Shown piece after piece: positions 1 through 10,343 of a DNA stretch of 64,000 nt (position 1 is the stretch's first letter; each line of letters opens with the position of its first letter). The DNA is from Candidatus Poribacteria bacterium (GTDB taxonomy: Bacteria; Poribacteria; WGA-4E; PCPOR2b), in NCBI GenBank assembly GCA_965116925.1, contig OZ220744.1, positions 3,360,001 to 3,424,000 on the forward strand. Reading direction: 5' to 3'. A program made the position numbers and the translations under genes. Under the pieces are notes generated by a model. The model made no database searches. It was not told the origin of the DNA and saw only the letters and a program-made list of their open reading frames with translations.

Positions 1-2
1 AT

Positions 3-3000
3 ACTATAAACGACTCATCATGGCTTTGGCTGAATTTCACACGTAAAAATTCATCTCAGGTTGTCCAACTGCTACAGCAGCTTGCTGTTGAAATAAGTAA
101 TCAATATTCACCAGTCAACATCGTCCTTGATGACCTGGACTTGCAGCCTCAAGAATTGCGAGGATATGAAGAAGTCTTAGGTGTTGTGGTTTATAGAGTA
201 CTGGAACGTGGTGCAAAATTGTTAATTACAAGTCAATATGAGCTGCCCGGCAGCCTCAGCCGTCTCCTCGGCATATCATCATCCGTAGCCATCCAAGTTC
301 CTAACTTTACCATATCCGAAATTGAGCAATTTGTGCAACAATTAGGTTGCCCTACTAATAACACAAAGACTTGGGCAAAATTGACTCAATTGCATACAAG
401 TGGGCATCCGAGGCTTGTACACGCTCGACTTGCCCGATTGCGTGAGAAAGGTTGGCAGCAAGATGGAGATGAAAGCATCTTTCAAACACCCCGAGAGGTG
501 ATAGAAGAACGCGAAGAAGCGCGACGATTGCTCACAGACCTGCCAGAAGATCAGCAGGAATTCCTCTACAGGTTGAGCTTGATGCCTATGGAATTCACGA
601 AAGATTGTGTGCTCAACATTGGCGACATACCAAAATCTATACTTCATCCAGGAGATATTTTTAGCCAGTTGGTTGGTCCTTGGATAGATGTAGTCGATGA
701 AAATTATTACATAGTTTCATCTTTATTAACTAACGCAACCAGTCAAGTTTGGTCCGAGAGCAAGATAAAAGGTCTTCATGCCCAGATTGCAAATGCGATC
801 CTCAAAGCAAAGGATCTGACCACGATAGAAGCACACGCGATTCTCTTTCATAGTATGTTTGGGCAGAATCAAACAGGTTTTATTACTGTTATTCAAGCAT
901 TGGTGACCGTTCCAGAGGACAACTGGAGAAAACTCAGCCAAGAATTCTCGTGGCTGATATATCTTAAAACCGATTTTCTTGATGGATTATTTCCTGGGGA
1001 GGACTTTGTAAATTATCTGTTTCGGTCATTCCAATATCGTATCGCCGTTGAGGTAGAACCAGAGTTTGCATCGAAGATACTTGAAATTTGGGATAAAGAA
1101 ACCACGCCACACCAACCACGTCAACTATATTTGCTGTCCCGTTTAATGCTGGCGATGCAGGCATTGATATACTATCAAGTGTCATTGCCAGTCAAGCAGA
1201 TGGTGGGCTATCTTAAAGAAATTATTGATATCACAGACAGCGATAAAGAGCTCCAAGAAATATATGGTAATCTCAGTGGATCGCCAAAAGAATATAAAAC
1301 TGATAAAACCAACAGTTTCAGTATCCTATTTAAATTTATCTGTGCGCGTCGTCCTTTTTACGCTCCATTCCTCAGCGATCTTATTGATGCGCTGGATGAG
1401 TTTGACCCAAAAATTAGGACTTTATTACTGGCTGATTTCGAGGATGGTAGTGTTGACTCTCGAATTTTGATCGATAGTGTCTGGTTGGCGGAAGCAAAAC
1501 TTGAAAATCCGGATTGGACCAGATGCCTTCAGGTATTTGACAGAGTAATTGAAAGATCTCTCGCGTGGGGTTATCCTCATATTGCTGCGGCATCAGCAAG
1601 GGGTAAAGCAATCATCCACGATGAATACTTGCATGCCCCTGATACTGCTCATAAGGTTCTTCAAGATATTTTATCAAAGCTGGAGCCATCACCGGTAATA
1701 GAGGAAGAACAAGCGGTAATACATTTTCACCAGAAACACTACACAGAAGCACTCAATATTTATGAACGGATTCTCCCTAAGTGGAATCCACCATTAGCAG
1801 AATTAGACAACGGTCCCTTAGACGGGTATCGTCAAGCCGCAATTTGCGCTGCACATTTGGACGATTGGGAGAAAGCGGCGGTCCTTTTTGAAGATGGAGT
1901 AAAAAGAGCTCAAAGAGTCAACCGCACTGAAGAATATATCGGTTTGTATGCCGATGCGGGATTTGCACAGTTTAAGGCAGGCAATATGTTGAATAGCATA
2001 AAGCTGTGGCATCTGACATTGCAAAAATTTGAGACGCTTCCTCAAGATAATACAGATGTCAAGTATTTTACCTTAAAGAAACGTTTAGGACACACTATAG
2101 GTTGGATGGCTGGACATGAGCGTGAAAGTTATCCTTTAGACTTTGAAGAACCGCCGGTAGGTTTCTGTAGCAATCTGGAGACAAATGAAAAATTTTTAAC
2201 CCTCCCTGATTTTCCAATGGGATATTCTTGGCTCCACCTAGCGCAAATTGAGTACAAATTTGGACATGAAACAACAGCTTTGGAGTACGCATTGCAGATC
2301 TCAGACCGGGAGGCATATCCAGAATTAAACTTCTTTCTTGTTTTACTTGAAGTACAGTATGACTTTAGAAACAAAACTTTTGATAATCTGCCACAACGTA
2401 TACATCAAATGACGAACGCGTGTGACTCAATACGAGAGAATAACCAAAGCGAAAGCATGGAAGAAAATAGCGAAGACGCAATTTATTCATCTATTACCCA
2501 TGTACCTAATTTCGCTTCTGTTGAGAACATTACTGTTATGTTGGTAGCAGCCCTTCTTGTTCAACTCCCAACAAGCATAGATACACATAAAATTCTGACT
2601 ATATGGCGTATAAATTCATCAGAGCTGCCTATAAATGACAATATGATTATTGCTCTTGATCTGATTGAATCAATGTTATACGGAGATAAGAATAATGCCC
2701 TGACAGTGATGAGAAAACCAGAATCAAAATATGAAGAACGACTCGCAGCAGCATTAAAAATTGTTCATGATATCGAAATGAATCCAGAAAACCTCTTTTA
2801 TGCACACACACTTATTGTAACCTTCTTCACTGGTCAGACATGGCTAGATCCTGTCATGACAGGTTTAGCAGAACTTCTTTCTGTGCAATGGCTTAAAAAA
2901 ATGAAATTTCGAGCTATGTTAAAAGCACCTATGATTACGGTGCCTCAGATAGAACAAGCCTGTAACAGCAGTGAGACCGGCAAGAAAAAAGTCGGTCAGA

Positions 3001-3080
3001 TTCTACTCGCAGCACGTCAAGCGGTTTCAATCAGAGTAGCACCTGAGACTTTACAGCAATTCCGCAGTTGGTCAGAATGA
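3..3080 (+). CDS. STAND (NACHT/NB-ARC-like) NTPase with C-terminal TPR-like helical region; 5'-truncated by window edge
   Basis: Frame is open from base 3 (TINDSSWLWLNF...VNIVLDDLDL): Walker B-like IVLDD, sensor LLITSQ, GxP motif TSGHPRL, then about 700 aa of helical/TPR-like sequence. Walker A would lie upstream of the window. Confidence 0.7.
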   Translation, partial: TINDSSWLWLNFTRKNSSQVVQLLQQLAVEISNQYSPVNIVLDDLDLQPQELRGYEEVLGVVVYRVLERGAKLLITSQYELPGSLSRLLGISSSVAIQVPNFTISEIEQFVQQLGCPTNNTKTWAKLTQLHTSGHPRLVHARLARLREKGWQQDGDESIFQTPREVIEEREEARRLLTDLPEDQQEFLYRLSLMPMEFTKDCVLNIGDIPKSILHPGDIFSQLVGPWIDVVDENYYIVSSLLTNATSQVWSESKIKGLHAQIANAILKAKDLTTIEAHAILFHSMFGQNQTGFITVIQALVTVPEDNWRKLSQEFSWLIYLKTDFLDGLFPGEDFVNYLFRSFQYRIAVEVEPEFASKILEIWDKETTPHQPRQLYLLSRLMLAMQALIYYQVSLPVKQMVGYLKEIIDITDSDKELQEIYGNLSGSPKEYKTDKTNSFSILFKFICARRPFYAPFLSDLIDALDEFDPKIRTLLLADFEDGSVDSRILIDSVWLAEAKLENPDWTRCLQVFDRVIERSLAWGYPHIAAASARGKAIIHDEYLHAPDTAHKVLQDILSKLEPSPVIEEEQAVIHFHQKHYTEALNIYERILPKWNPPLAELDNGPLDGYRQAAICAAHLDDWEKAAVLFEDGVKRAQRVNRTEEYIGLYADAGFAQFKAGNMLNSIKLWHLTLQKFETLPQDNTDVKYFTLKKRLGHTIGWMAGHERESYPLDFEEPPVGFCSNLETNEKFLTLPDFPMGYSWLHLAQIEYKFGHETTALEYALQISDREAYPELNFFLVLLEVQYDFRNKTFDNLPQRIHQMTNACDSIRENNQSESMEENSEDAIYSSITHVPNFASVENITVMLVAALLVQLPTSIDTHKILTIWRINSSELPINDNMIIALDLIESMLYGDKNNALTVMRKPESKYEERLAAALKIVHDIEMNPENLFYAHTLIVTFFTGQTWLDPVMTGLAELLSVQWLKKMKFRAMLKAPMITVPQIEQACNSSETGKKKVGQILLAARQAVSIRVAPETLQQFRSWSE

Positions 3081-3268
3081 AAAGCAAAGCAGAAACAGGA
3101 GCAAAAACAAAAAAGAATCCGATAGCACAACGCCTAATCACGGCGATGGAGAAACCCCCACACCTCACCCACGAAGATGTTGAAGCACTGCGTCAATCAA
3201 TTGAAGAAGGAAAATTGCCCGTAAGATTTGATTCATCCCTTGAGCCTGCTGAACGTCAAAAACAATGA
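3077..3268 (+). CDS. Small hypothetical protein translationally coupled to the STAND gene
   Basis: ATG at 3077 overlaps the upstream TGA (ATGA); 63 aa. Confidence 0.55.
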   Translation: MKSKAETGAKTKKNPIAQRLITAMEKPPHLTHEDVEALRQSIEEGKLPVRFDSSLEPAERQKQ

Positions 3269-3325
3269 ATGAAGTATCCCGTTTCTGCAACTTTGCATTG
3301 TATCAGTATGAAAATGGAGGAAATT

Positions 3326-4183
3326 ATGGCTGAAACGACTCTGCCAAGGTTACGTGTGAGTGAAAAAGAAGCACGGCAGAAAATAGAAGCACGAATTGAG
3401 GAGGGACAACAACTCTGTGGTCGTCCGATAAATTCAGAAGGTGAATTGGACCAAGCAATTATGGAATCCGATAATTGGTCAAGCTACAACACGGATCTCT
3501 TGATGGGACTATTTGATAGCTCGGCACCAGCTGATCAATACACAAACTTCTGTTATTCGCGTCTTGACGATGAGGAAATATATGATCGCCGTATGCTCGA
3601 TATGCCCGTCCCAGACTTGAAAGATGAAGTGAAAGAATATCAAGAGCGTATGGCACGTAGCATAAGTAGCCTAAAGGGAATCTGTGAACGATTTGAACTA
3701 TACGCTGACCCCTCAAAAACGTCTGAGTCCACCTTGGGCAACGAAGTATTTATCGTGCACGGGCACGACGATGAAGCTAAGGAAACGGTTGCTAGATTCG
3801 TAGAGAATTTTGGCATTGAGGCAGCCATACTTCATGAGCAAGCAAACAGAGGTCAAACAATTCCTGAAAAATTTGAAGAACATGCTAGTAAAGCAGCTTT
3901 TGCGATTATCTTGCTCACACCCGACGATGTTGGCGCATCAAAAGATGAGATAGACAACCCCAAACCGAGGGCGCGTCAGAATGTTGTCTTAGAACTAGGC
4001 TATTTTTGGGGTAGGCTGGGACGTGGGCGTGTATGTGTTCTCCACAAAGGAGGAGTTGAGCTGCCCTCAGATATGCAGGGATTACTCTATGTGCCCATGA
4101 ACAGCCCAGATGAATGGCAATTGCAATTAGCTAGAGAAATGAAGCAGGCAGAACTACCTGTCGATCTGAACAAACTTGCCTAG
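3326..4183 (+). CDS. TIR-like domain nucleotide-binding protein (Cap12/PycTIR-type TIR at C-terminus)
   Basis: VFIVHGHD...ILHEQ...EKFE...LLTPDD...RARQNVVLELGYF...ELPSD motifs; GGAGG RBS before ATG 3326 (longer start 3269 possible). Confidence 0.85.
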   Translation: MAETTLPRLRVSEKEARQKIEARIEEGQQLCGRPINSEGELDQAIMESDNWSSYNTDLLMGLFDSSAPADQYTNFCYSRLDDEEIYDRRMLDMPVPDLKDEVKEYQERMARSISSLKGICERFELYADPSKTSESTLGNEVFIVHGHDDEAKETVARFVENFGIEAAILHEQANRGQTIPEKFEEHASKAAFAIILLTPDDVGASKDEIDNPKPRARQNVVLELGYFWGRLGRGRVCVLHKGGVELPSDMQGLLYVPMNSPDEWQLQLAREMKQAELPVDLNKLA

Positions 4184-4219
4184 GACCAATAAACTTTAGG
4201 AACTCAAAGGAATCTCACC

Positions 4220-5905
4220 ATGCCCACACTCGACTTCAAAGGAAAACAACACATCTACGCCCACCATCTCACCGTCCCCTACCGACCAATCGTACCGGAT
4301 GAAAGCCGCTCCTGTAATCCCTCCGGTGCCGACGACAATCTCATCATCCACGACGATAACCTACACGCCCTCAAAGCCCTACTACCCTGCTATGCGAACC
4401 GTATCAAGTGTATCTACATTGACCCACCCTACAACACCGGCAGCCAGGCTTGGGTATACAACGACCGCGTGAACAGCCCGTTAATGCAGGAGTGGTTTGC
4501 TCAAAATAGCCCGGTTGATGGTGAAGACCTTGAGCGACACGATAAGTGGCTCTGTATGATGTGGACGCGCCTGCACCTGCTACGAGAGTTATTATCCGAT
4601 GACGGCGTGATTTTTGTGTCCATTGATGACCACGAGCAGCACCATTTGCGGATGATAATGGACGAAATATTTGGGGCTGAAACATTTATTGCATGTCTTG
4701 CGGCAGTTCTGAATCTAAAGGGGAGTAGGGACAATCGAGGTTTCACCACTACACATGAAAGCGTACTTGTTTATGAGAAGGTTGCCAGATCAGCAACCTT
4801 GCATGAAGTACCTTTGCGTGATGACGACATTGATGACTGGCTTCAAGACGATGTGGGTTGGTATAAAAAAGGCGCAAATCTGAAGTACAGTGGGGAAAAC
4901 GCACCTAGAGAGAGAAGGCCAAATCTATTTTATCCAATATATGTACATGAAGATGGTACTGTTGGAGTCGAACCGCAATCTGATACATCGGAAGAACTTT
5001 GGCCGATCGCAGATGGTGGTCGTGAAGTGACTTGGCGCTGGAGTCGAGATACAGTTGCAGCAAATCCGAATGAGATCCTTGCTATTCGATCATTAATAGG
5101 TTGGACATTACATAAGAAACAACGACCACCGGTTGGGGTTGTTCCATCGAAAAAGCCCAAGTCAACATTCTATTCGCCTAAGTACTCTGCTACTACTGCT
5201 ACAACCATTGTTAAAGAAATTTTCGACAATACCAGAACATTTGATTATCCAAAATCGCCATATTTCTTAGCTGACCTGATAAGTATTGCCGGTGTTGGTA
5301 CTGACGACATAGTCCTTGACTCCTTTGCCGGCAGCGGCACCACCGCCCATGCTGTCTTGGAACTGAACAAGGAAGATGGTGGCAATCGAAAGTTTATCCT
5401 CATTGAGTGCGAGGATTATGCCGACACCATTACTGCCGAGCGGGTCCGCCGGGTCATCAATGGCGTTCCCAATGCCCGCGACGCTTCACTGCGCGAAGGC
5501 TTGGGCGGTTCCTTCACCTACGGCAGATTGGGCGAATCTATTGAAATGGAAGGTATGCTCACCGGGGAAGCACTTCCGTCTTACGAATCACTCGCTGCCT
5601 ATCTACTGTATATAGCTTCTGGAGTTTCTATCGGACCGAATGCGTTGGGACCAAGAAACGATGATGGACTCTTTCACAGCAATGATGGAACTGACTACTA
5701 CCTGCTCTACAAATCCGATCTCGAATACTTACGGAGCGACGAGGCGATGCTTAACCTTGAACGAGCGGAACGTATACGCGACGCTAACCATCAGAACGGG
5801 AGTAAAGCAATCGTTTACGCACCGGGCAAATACATCGGTCAGCGCGAACTCACAGGGATGGGCATTACATTCTGTCAACTTCCCCATGCGCTGCATGAAA
5901 GGTAA
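4220..5905 (+). CDS. mod: Type III restriction-modification methyltransferase
   Basis: DPPYNTG (motif IV) preceding LDSFAGSGTT (motif I), beta-class order; adjacent to res. Confidence 0.92.
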   Translation: MPTLDFKGKQHIYAHHLTVPYRPIVPDESRSCNPSGADDNLIIHDDNLHALKALLPCYANRIKCIYIDPPYNTGSQAWVYNDRVNSPLMQEWFAQNSPVDGEDLERHDKWLCMMWTRLHLLRELLSDDGVIFVSIDDHEQHHLRMIMDEIFGAETFIACLAAVLNLKGSRDNRGFTTTHESVLVYEKVARSATLHEVPLRDDDIDDWLQDDVGWYKKGANLKYSGENAPRERRPNLFYPIYVHEDGTVGVEPQSDTSEELWPIADGGREVTWRWSRDTVAANPNEILAIRSLIGWTLHKKQRPPVGVVPSKKPKSTFYSPKYSATTATTIVKEIFDNTRTFDYPKSPYFLADLISIAGVGTDDIVLDSFAGSGTTAHAVLELNKEDGGNRKFILIECEDYADTITAERVRRVINGVPNARDASLREGLGGSFTYGRLGESIEMEGMLTGEALPSYESLAAYLLYIASGVSIGPNALGPRNDDGLFHSNDGTDYYLLYKSDLEYLRSDEAMLNLERAERIRDANHQNGSKAIVYAPGKYIGQRELTGMGITFCQLPHALHER

Positions 5906-5917
5906 AAAGGTGCTGAC

Positions 5918-8464
5918 ATGATGGAATTGAAAACGTATCAACTCCGTACACTTGATACCTTTAGCCATTGGCTTGAGACACTTAAAGACGCACAGAATGA
6001 ATCAGATACTGCGATTGAGGCGTTGAGAGGGACGGGGATTGATATTTCAATCCTCAATGAAGCCCGTAATTATCCCAAAACGGCGTGGGAAAAACTGAGG
6101 GCAGATGGTGGTGTGGCAGAAAGTGCGAGCGAATATATCGATCGCACCGACGGCGCGGACCGTCCGATTCCGCATATCTGCTTCAAAGTACCGACAGGTG
6201 GTGGTAAAACCTTGCTCGCCGCCGCCGCTCTGGAACGCCGTCATCAGCAAACCGGACTGATATTGTGGGTTGTACCGAGCAAGGCTATCTACGCACAAAC
6301 AAAAGCCGCCCTGTGGAATCGGGAGCATCCCTATCGTCAAATGTTAGAGCGGGCAAGCGCGGGGCGCGTCAAAATGTTGGAAAAGGATGATTCATTCAAC
6401 AGTAACGATACTGCCAATTATCTGTGTGTTATGTTGCTAATGTTACCGGCGACAAACCGACAGAGAGGCAGAGAGTTTCTGCGTATGTTTAAGGATTCAG
6501 GGCGTTATCCAAGTTTTTTCCCTGATGGCGATGATCTCCTCAGTGACGGCCGCATGATGGAAACCTACCCCGATTTGGAGTGTAATTTTGAAGGCGGCAC
6601 AATCAAGCACAGTCTGTTTAATGTGTTTAAGATACTACGTCCCGTCGTCGTTCTCGACGAAGCACATAAAGCGTATGGAGCGAAAAGGAGGGAGGCAAAC
6701 GAAGAATTTGCCCGTTCCATCAATCGTCTGAACCCCCGGCTGGTTATTGAACTCTCTGCGACCCCGAACCGCGGCATAAGCAATCTTCTCGTCGATATCG
6801 AAGGACCCGACCTGAAAAAGGAGGAGATGATCAAACTGCCTGTGCAGGTGACATCATTTCCTAATGCTGAGTGGGGGTTAACGCTGGGGCAAGCGGTTGA
6901 AGAACTAGACCGCTTGGAAGCAGAAGCCAGATCCCTTGAGCACAGCACGGGCCGTTATATCCGTCCGATTGCCGTTGTGCGCGTTGAGCGGACGGGAAAC
7001 GATCAAAGAGATAATGAGCATATCCACGCAGAGGATGTGCGCGAATATCTCACGCAAAATTTACACGTGCCTTCGGATACAGTTCGCGTCAAATCTGCCA
7101 CAAACGATGAGCTCGGCAGAGAAAATCTACTCTCTGAATATTCAGAGGTGCGATGGATCATCACAAAATCCGCGCTGATGGAAGGTTGGGATTGTCCCTT
7201 TGCTTATCTGTTGGTGATGTTGGACAATACGCAAGCGCAACGCGCTATCACGCAACTGGTGGGGCGGGTGATGCGGCAACCGGGCGCGCAACTTACTGAT
7301 AGGGAATTACTTGATCAGTGTTATGTCTATTGCAATAACGTTGAGGTGGGCACTGTCGTCGAGCAGGTCAAAAAAGGCTTGGAAGCGGAGGGGCTAACGG
7401 GCTTGGGCGACGAAGTAATGGGTGGGTTGGGCTCACAGCAACAACAGGACGAGATGCAGCAACAGACCGTGTGCCGCCGCGAGCAGTTTCAAGGGCAGGA
7501 TATCTTTCTGCCGATGGTGCTCCATAAAAACGGCGACGATTGGGTGCAACTCGATTATCAATCTCATATCCTACCACATATAGATTGGTCAAAAATTAAA
7601 CCACCCGACCCAGAAGCATCAGCACCCGATGGTACAAGACAGCAATCCGCAGCAGTTAATTTCGATGAGATACCAGTTTACCATGCCGACCAAGCTTTGG
7701 ATATTGACAGAACGGTCAAAGTTTCCCACTTCACCCGTCATTTGTCCGACATTCTGCCCAATCCGTGGCAAGCTGCCCGAATTGTAGAGCAGCTGATTGA
7801 GGGCCAAAAACAGGAGGACAAAACTGACGCAGATATTTACGACCGACGTGCTTATCTCGCACATCTGCTGCGGGAACATGTCAAAAATGAACTGGAAACA
7901 CAGGCAGAGCAGGTCTTTCACGAAAAACTGAGGCAAGGCGAAATCCGCTTTGATTTGGAGGTCGGACAACCCAATTTCCGCATGAAACACCACTATGAGA
8001 TACAGGTTAGCTCCGATGATAGGCCATTATTAAGAAATTATGAACCTGTGCAGCTCACTCTATTTGAACCGATCTTTGAACGAGATTTCGCTAACGAATT
8101 GGAAAAGAAATTTGCCTGTTATCTTGATGAGCAGAGAGCAGTGCAATGGTGGCATCGAGTCGCAGCACGTCAACAGGGGGAGTATTATCTGCAAGGCTGG
8201 AAGAAGGGACGGATTTACCCCGACTTCGTTGCGATGGCGAGCGAAGAGCGTCTGCTAATTTTCGAGACAAAAGGCGAACACTTACTTTGCAACCCTGACA
8301 CCGAGTACAAGCGAAAGGTGTTGAAGGCACTTGAGGGGGCGTTCAATGAGGTCGGCACAATGAGGCTAGGCGAGTCACCCAACAGCATTTTTCGATTGGT
8401 ATTCAGCGAGCACGATTTCCCACAGATAGGCGCACAGTTGGGCGAACAATATTCGCATAGCTAA
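5918..8464 (+). CDS. res: Type III restriction endonuclease subunit (SF2 helicase + PD-(D/E)xK)
   Basis: VPTGGGKT, LDEAH, LSATP, EGWD, QLVGRVMR, C-terminal YPDF...FETKG. Confidence 0.9.
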   Translation: MMELKTYQLRTLDTFSHWLETLKDAQNESDTAIEALRGTGIDISILNEARNYPKTAWEKLRADGGVAESASEYIDRTDGADRPIPHICFKVPTGGGKTLLAAAALERRHQQTGLILWVVPSKAIYAQTKAALWNREHPYRQMLERASAGRVKMLEKDDSFNSNDTANYLCVMLLMLPATNRQRGREFLRMFKDSGRYPSFFPDGDDLLSDGRMMETYPDLECNFEGGTIKHSLFNVFKILRPVVVLDEAHKAYGAKRREANEEFARSINRLNPRLVIELSATPNRGISNLLVDIEGPDLKKEEMIKLPVQVTSFPNAEWGLTLGQAVEELDRLEAEARSLEHSTGRYIRPIAVVRVERTGNDQRDNEHIHAEDVREYLTQNLHVPSDTVRVKSATNDELGRENLLSEYSEVRWIITKSALMEGWDCPFAYLLVMLDNTQAQRAITQLVGRVMRQPGAQLTDRELLDQCYVYCNNVEVGTVVEQVKKGLEAEGLTGLGDEVMGGLGSQQQQDEMQQQTVCRREQFQGQDIFLPMVLHKNGDDWVQLDYQSHILPHIDWSKIKPPDPEASAPDGTRQQSAAVNFDEIPVYHADQALDIDRTVKVSHFTRHLSDILPNPWQAARIVEQLIEGQKQEDKTDADIYDRRAYLAHLLREHVKNELETQAEQVFHEKLRQGEIRFDLEVGQPNFRMKHHYEIQVSSDDRPLLRNYEPVQLTLFEPIFERDFANELEKKFACYLDEQRAVQWWHRVAARQQGEYYLQGWKKGRIYPDFVAMASEERLLIFETKGEHLLCNPDTEYKRKVLKALEGAFNEVGTMRLGESPNSIFRLVFSEHDFPQIGAQLGEQYSHS

Positions 8465-8490
8465 AGGATAACAAGACACAATTGGTATTT

Positions 8491-8523
8491 GAAACCGAGT
8501 TTTTTCTTCAAAACTCGGTTTCT
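8491..8523. repeat. GAAACCGAGTTTT-N-AAAACTCGGTTTC palindrome family (also about 56292, 57874, 61130)
   Basis: Perfect stem, dispersed in 4 intergenic regions; may also act as a terminator. Confidence 0.75.
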
Positions 8524-8568
8524 TTGCACGATGAGCAAACTGCTTGATTCGCTCCTGGAGAAGCAACA

Positions 8569-10320
8569 ATGCTAACCAAATTGATTTGCCGTAATTTCAA
8601 AAACTTTGAGGACGTGGAAATTGAATTGGGAAATCCCGTCGTCTTCATCGGACCGAATAACTCCGGCAAAACAACCGCGTTACAGGCACTCGCTCTATGG
8701 GAAGTTGGTCTCAAACGTTGGAACGAATACCGTAGAGGAAGACCGCAGGCGGAAAGACGACGGAGCATTACTGTCAACCGTCGCGATCTCATATTTGTTC
8801 CTGTTCCAGATGCAAAATTGCTCTGGCGAAATTTACAAGTCCGAGATATTCAGAGGGAAGAGGGTAAGCAACAGACACAAAACGTTCGTATAGATATTAT
8901 TGTTGAAGGTGATACCACAGGCGAAAAATGGGAATGCGGTTTGGAGTTTGATTATGCCAATCAGGAATCCTTTTACTGCCGTCCCCTTCGATTATCAGAA
9001 GCGGAGGGTAAGGTGTTGGAACGAATGCCTTTTCCTGATGAAGCGTCAAACCTCAATGTCGCCTTTCTTCCACCGATGTCAGGACTTGCCTCCAATGAAA
9101 CCCGCCTTGGTACGGGTGCGATCAATGTCCGTGTGGGCGAGGGGCGGACCGCGGAGGTCCTCCGCAATCTCTGCTATCAGGTTTTACAAGAGAGAGAAGG
9201 CAACGAAAAATGGAAAACAATCTGTCAACAGATTAAAGATCTGTTCGGTGTTCAGCTTGACAAGCCAAATTACATCCTTGAGCGTGGGGAGATTGAGATG
9301 AGCTATCAAGATAGATTGGGGATCTCTCTCGACCTCTCTTCATCGGGACGTGGGCTGCAACAAACGCTACTTCTGCTCGCATATATCGTGTCCCATCCGG
9401 GATCAGTCCTCCTGCTAGATCCCGATGCACATCTGGAGATTCTTCGGCAAAGGCAGATTTACCAGAGACTTACTCAGTGGGCGGAGAAACATAACAGTCA
9501 AATTATCGCTGCCAGCCACTCTGAAGTCATTCTAAACGAAGCTGCCCAGCATGGTACTGTCATCGCCTTTTTTGGGGCACCCCATCCTATTCACGGTCAT
9601 GAGGACGAGGTTTTGAAATCGCTTACAGAGATTGGCTTTGAGCATTACTCTCAGGCGGAGCAGAAGGGCTGGGTCCTCTATCTTGAGGGTTCGACAGATT
9701 GGGCTATCTTAAAGGTATTTGCTGAAAAATTACAACACCCCGCGAAGGATATACTGGAACGTCCTTATATAGACTACGTTGGAAATCAACCGGGCAAAGC
9801 CCGCGAACGCTTTTATGGATTGCGAGAGGCAAAGCCCGATTTGGTCGGATTCTGTCTCTTTGATCGGATTGGGTCGGAGCTTCAAACAACTCCCGAATTA
9901 AGGGAGTATCAGTGGAAACGGCGCGAGATTGAGAATTACCTTTGCCAAAGAGAGGTGTTAATGGCATGGGCAGAAGCAGAAGGAAAAAAACACAGCACTG
10001 GATCACTATTTAATCAATTTACGAATCAATGGCAATGGTTGACTGCAATGGAAGAAGCAATTGATGAGGTTGAAAACGCTCTAGCAACACTTGGCAAAGG
10101 TTCACCTTGGTCCCCGGATACCAAAGTGAGCGATGATTTTCTGGATCCACTTTTTGATTCCTTTTACAAAAAATTGGGATTGGAGAATCTGATGCGAAAA
10201 ACTAATTATCACACCCTCGTCCGATATGTTCCCACAGATCAGATTGATCCAGAGGTATCCGAAGTACTTGATGGGATTCTGGAGATAGCAGAGCAAGCGA
10301 AACCGATGGGCGATGGGTAA
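8569..10320 (+). CDS. ABC/AAA_21 ATPase fused to TOPRIM-like domain (OLD-like)
   Basis: GPNNSGKT Walker A, SSGRG signature, LLLDPDAHL Walker B/D-loop, ASHS H-loop, YLEGSTD TOPRIM, REIENYL. Confidence 0.8.
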   Translation: MLTKLICRNFKNFEDVEIELGNPVVFIGPNNSGKTTALQALALWEVGLKRWNEYRRGRPQAERRRSITVNRRDLIFVPVPDAKLLWRNLQVRDIQREEGKQQTQNVRIDIIVEGDTTGEKWECGLEFDYANQESFYCRPLRLSEAEGKVLERMPFPDEASNLNVAFLPPMSGLASNETRLGTGAINVRVGEGRTAEVLRNLCYQVLQEREGNEKWKTICQQIKDLFGVQLDKPNYILERGEIEMSYQDRLGISLDLSSSGRGLQQTLLLLAYIVSHPGSVLLLDPDAHLEILRQRQIYQRLTQWAEKHNSQIIAASHSEVILNEAAQHGTVIAFFGAPHPIHGHEDEVLKSLTEIGFEHYSQAEQKGWVLYLEGSTDWAILKVFAEKLQHPAKDILERPYIDYVGNQPGKARERFYGLREAKPDLVGFCLFDRIGSELQTTPELREYQWKRREIENYLCQREVLMAWAEAEGKKHSTGSLFNQFTNQWQWLTAMEEAIDEVENALATLGKGSPWSPDTKVSDDFLDPLFDSFYKKLGLENLMRKTNYHTLVRYVPTDQIDPEVSEVLDGILEIAEQAKPMGDG

Positions 10321-10343
10321 GTCTATCACTACCTCACCGTCCC

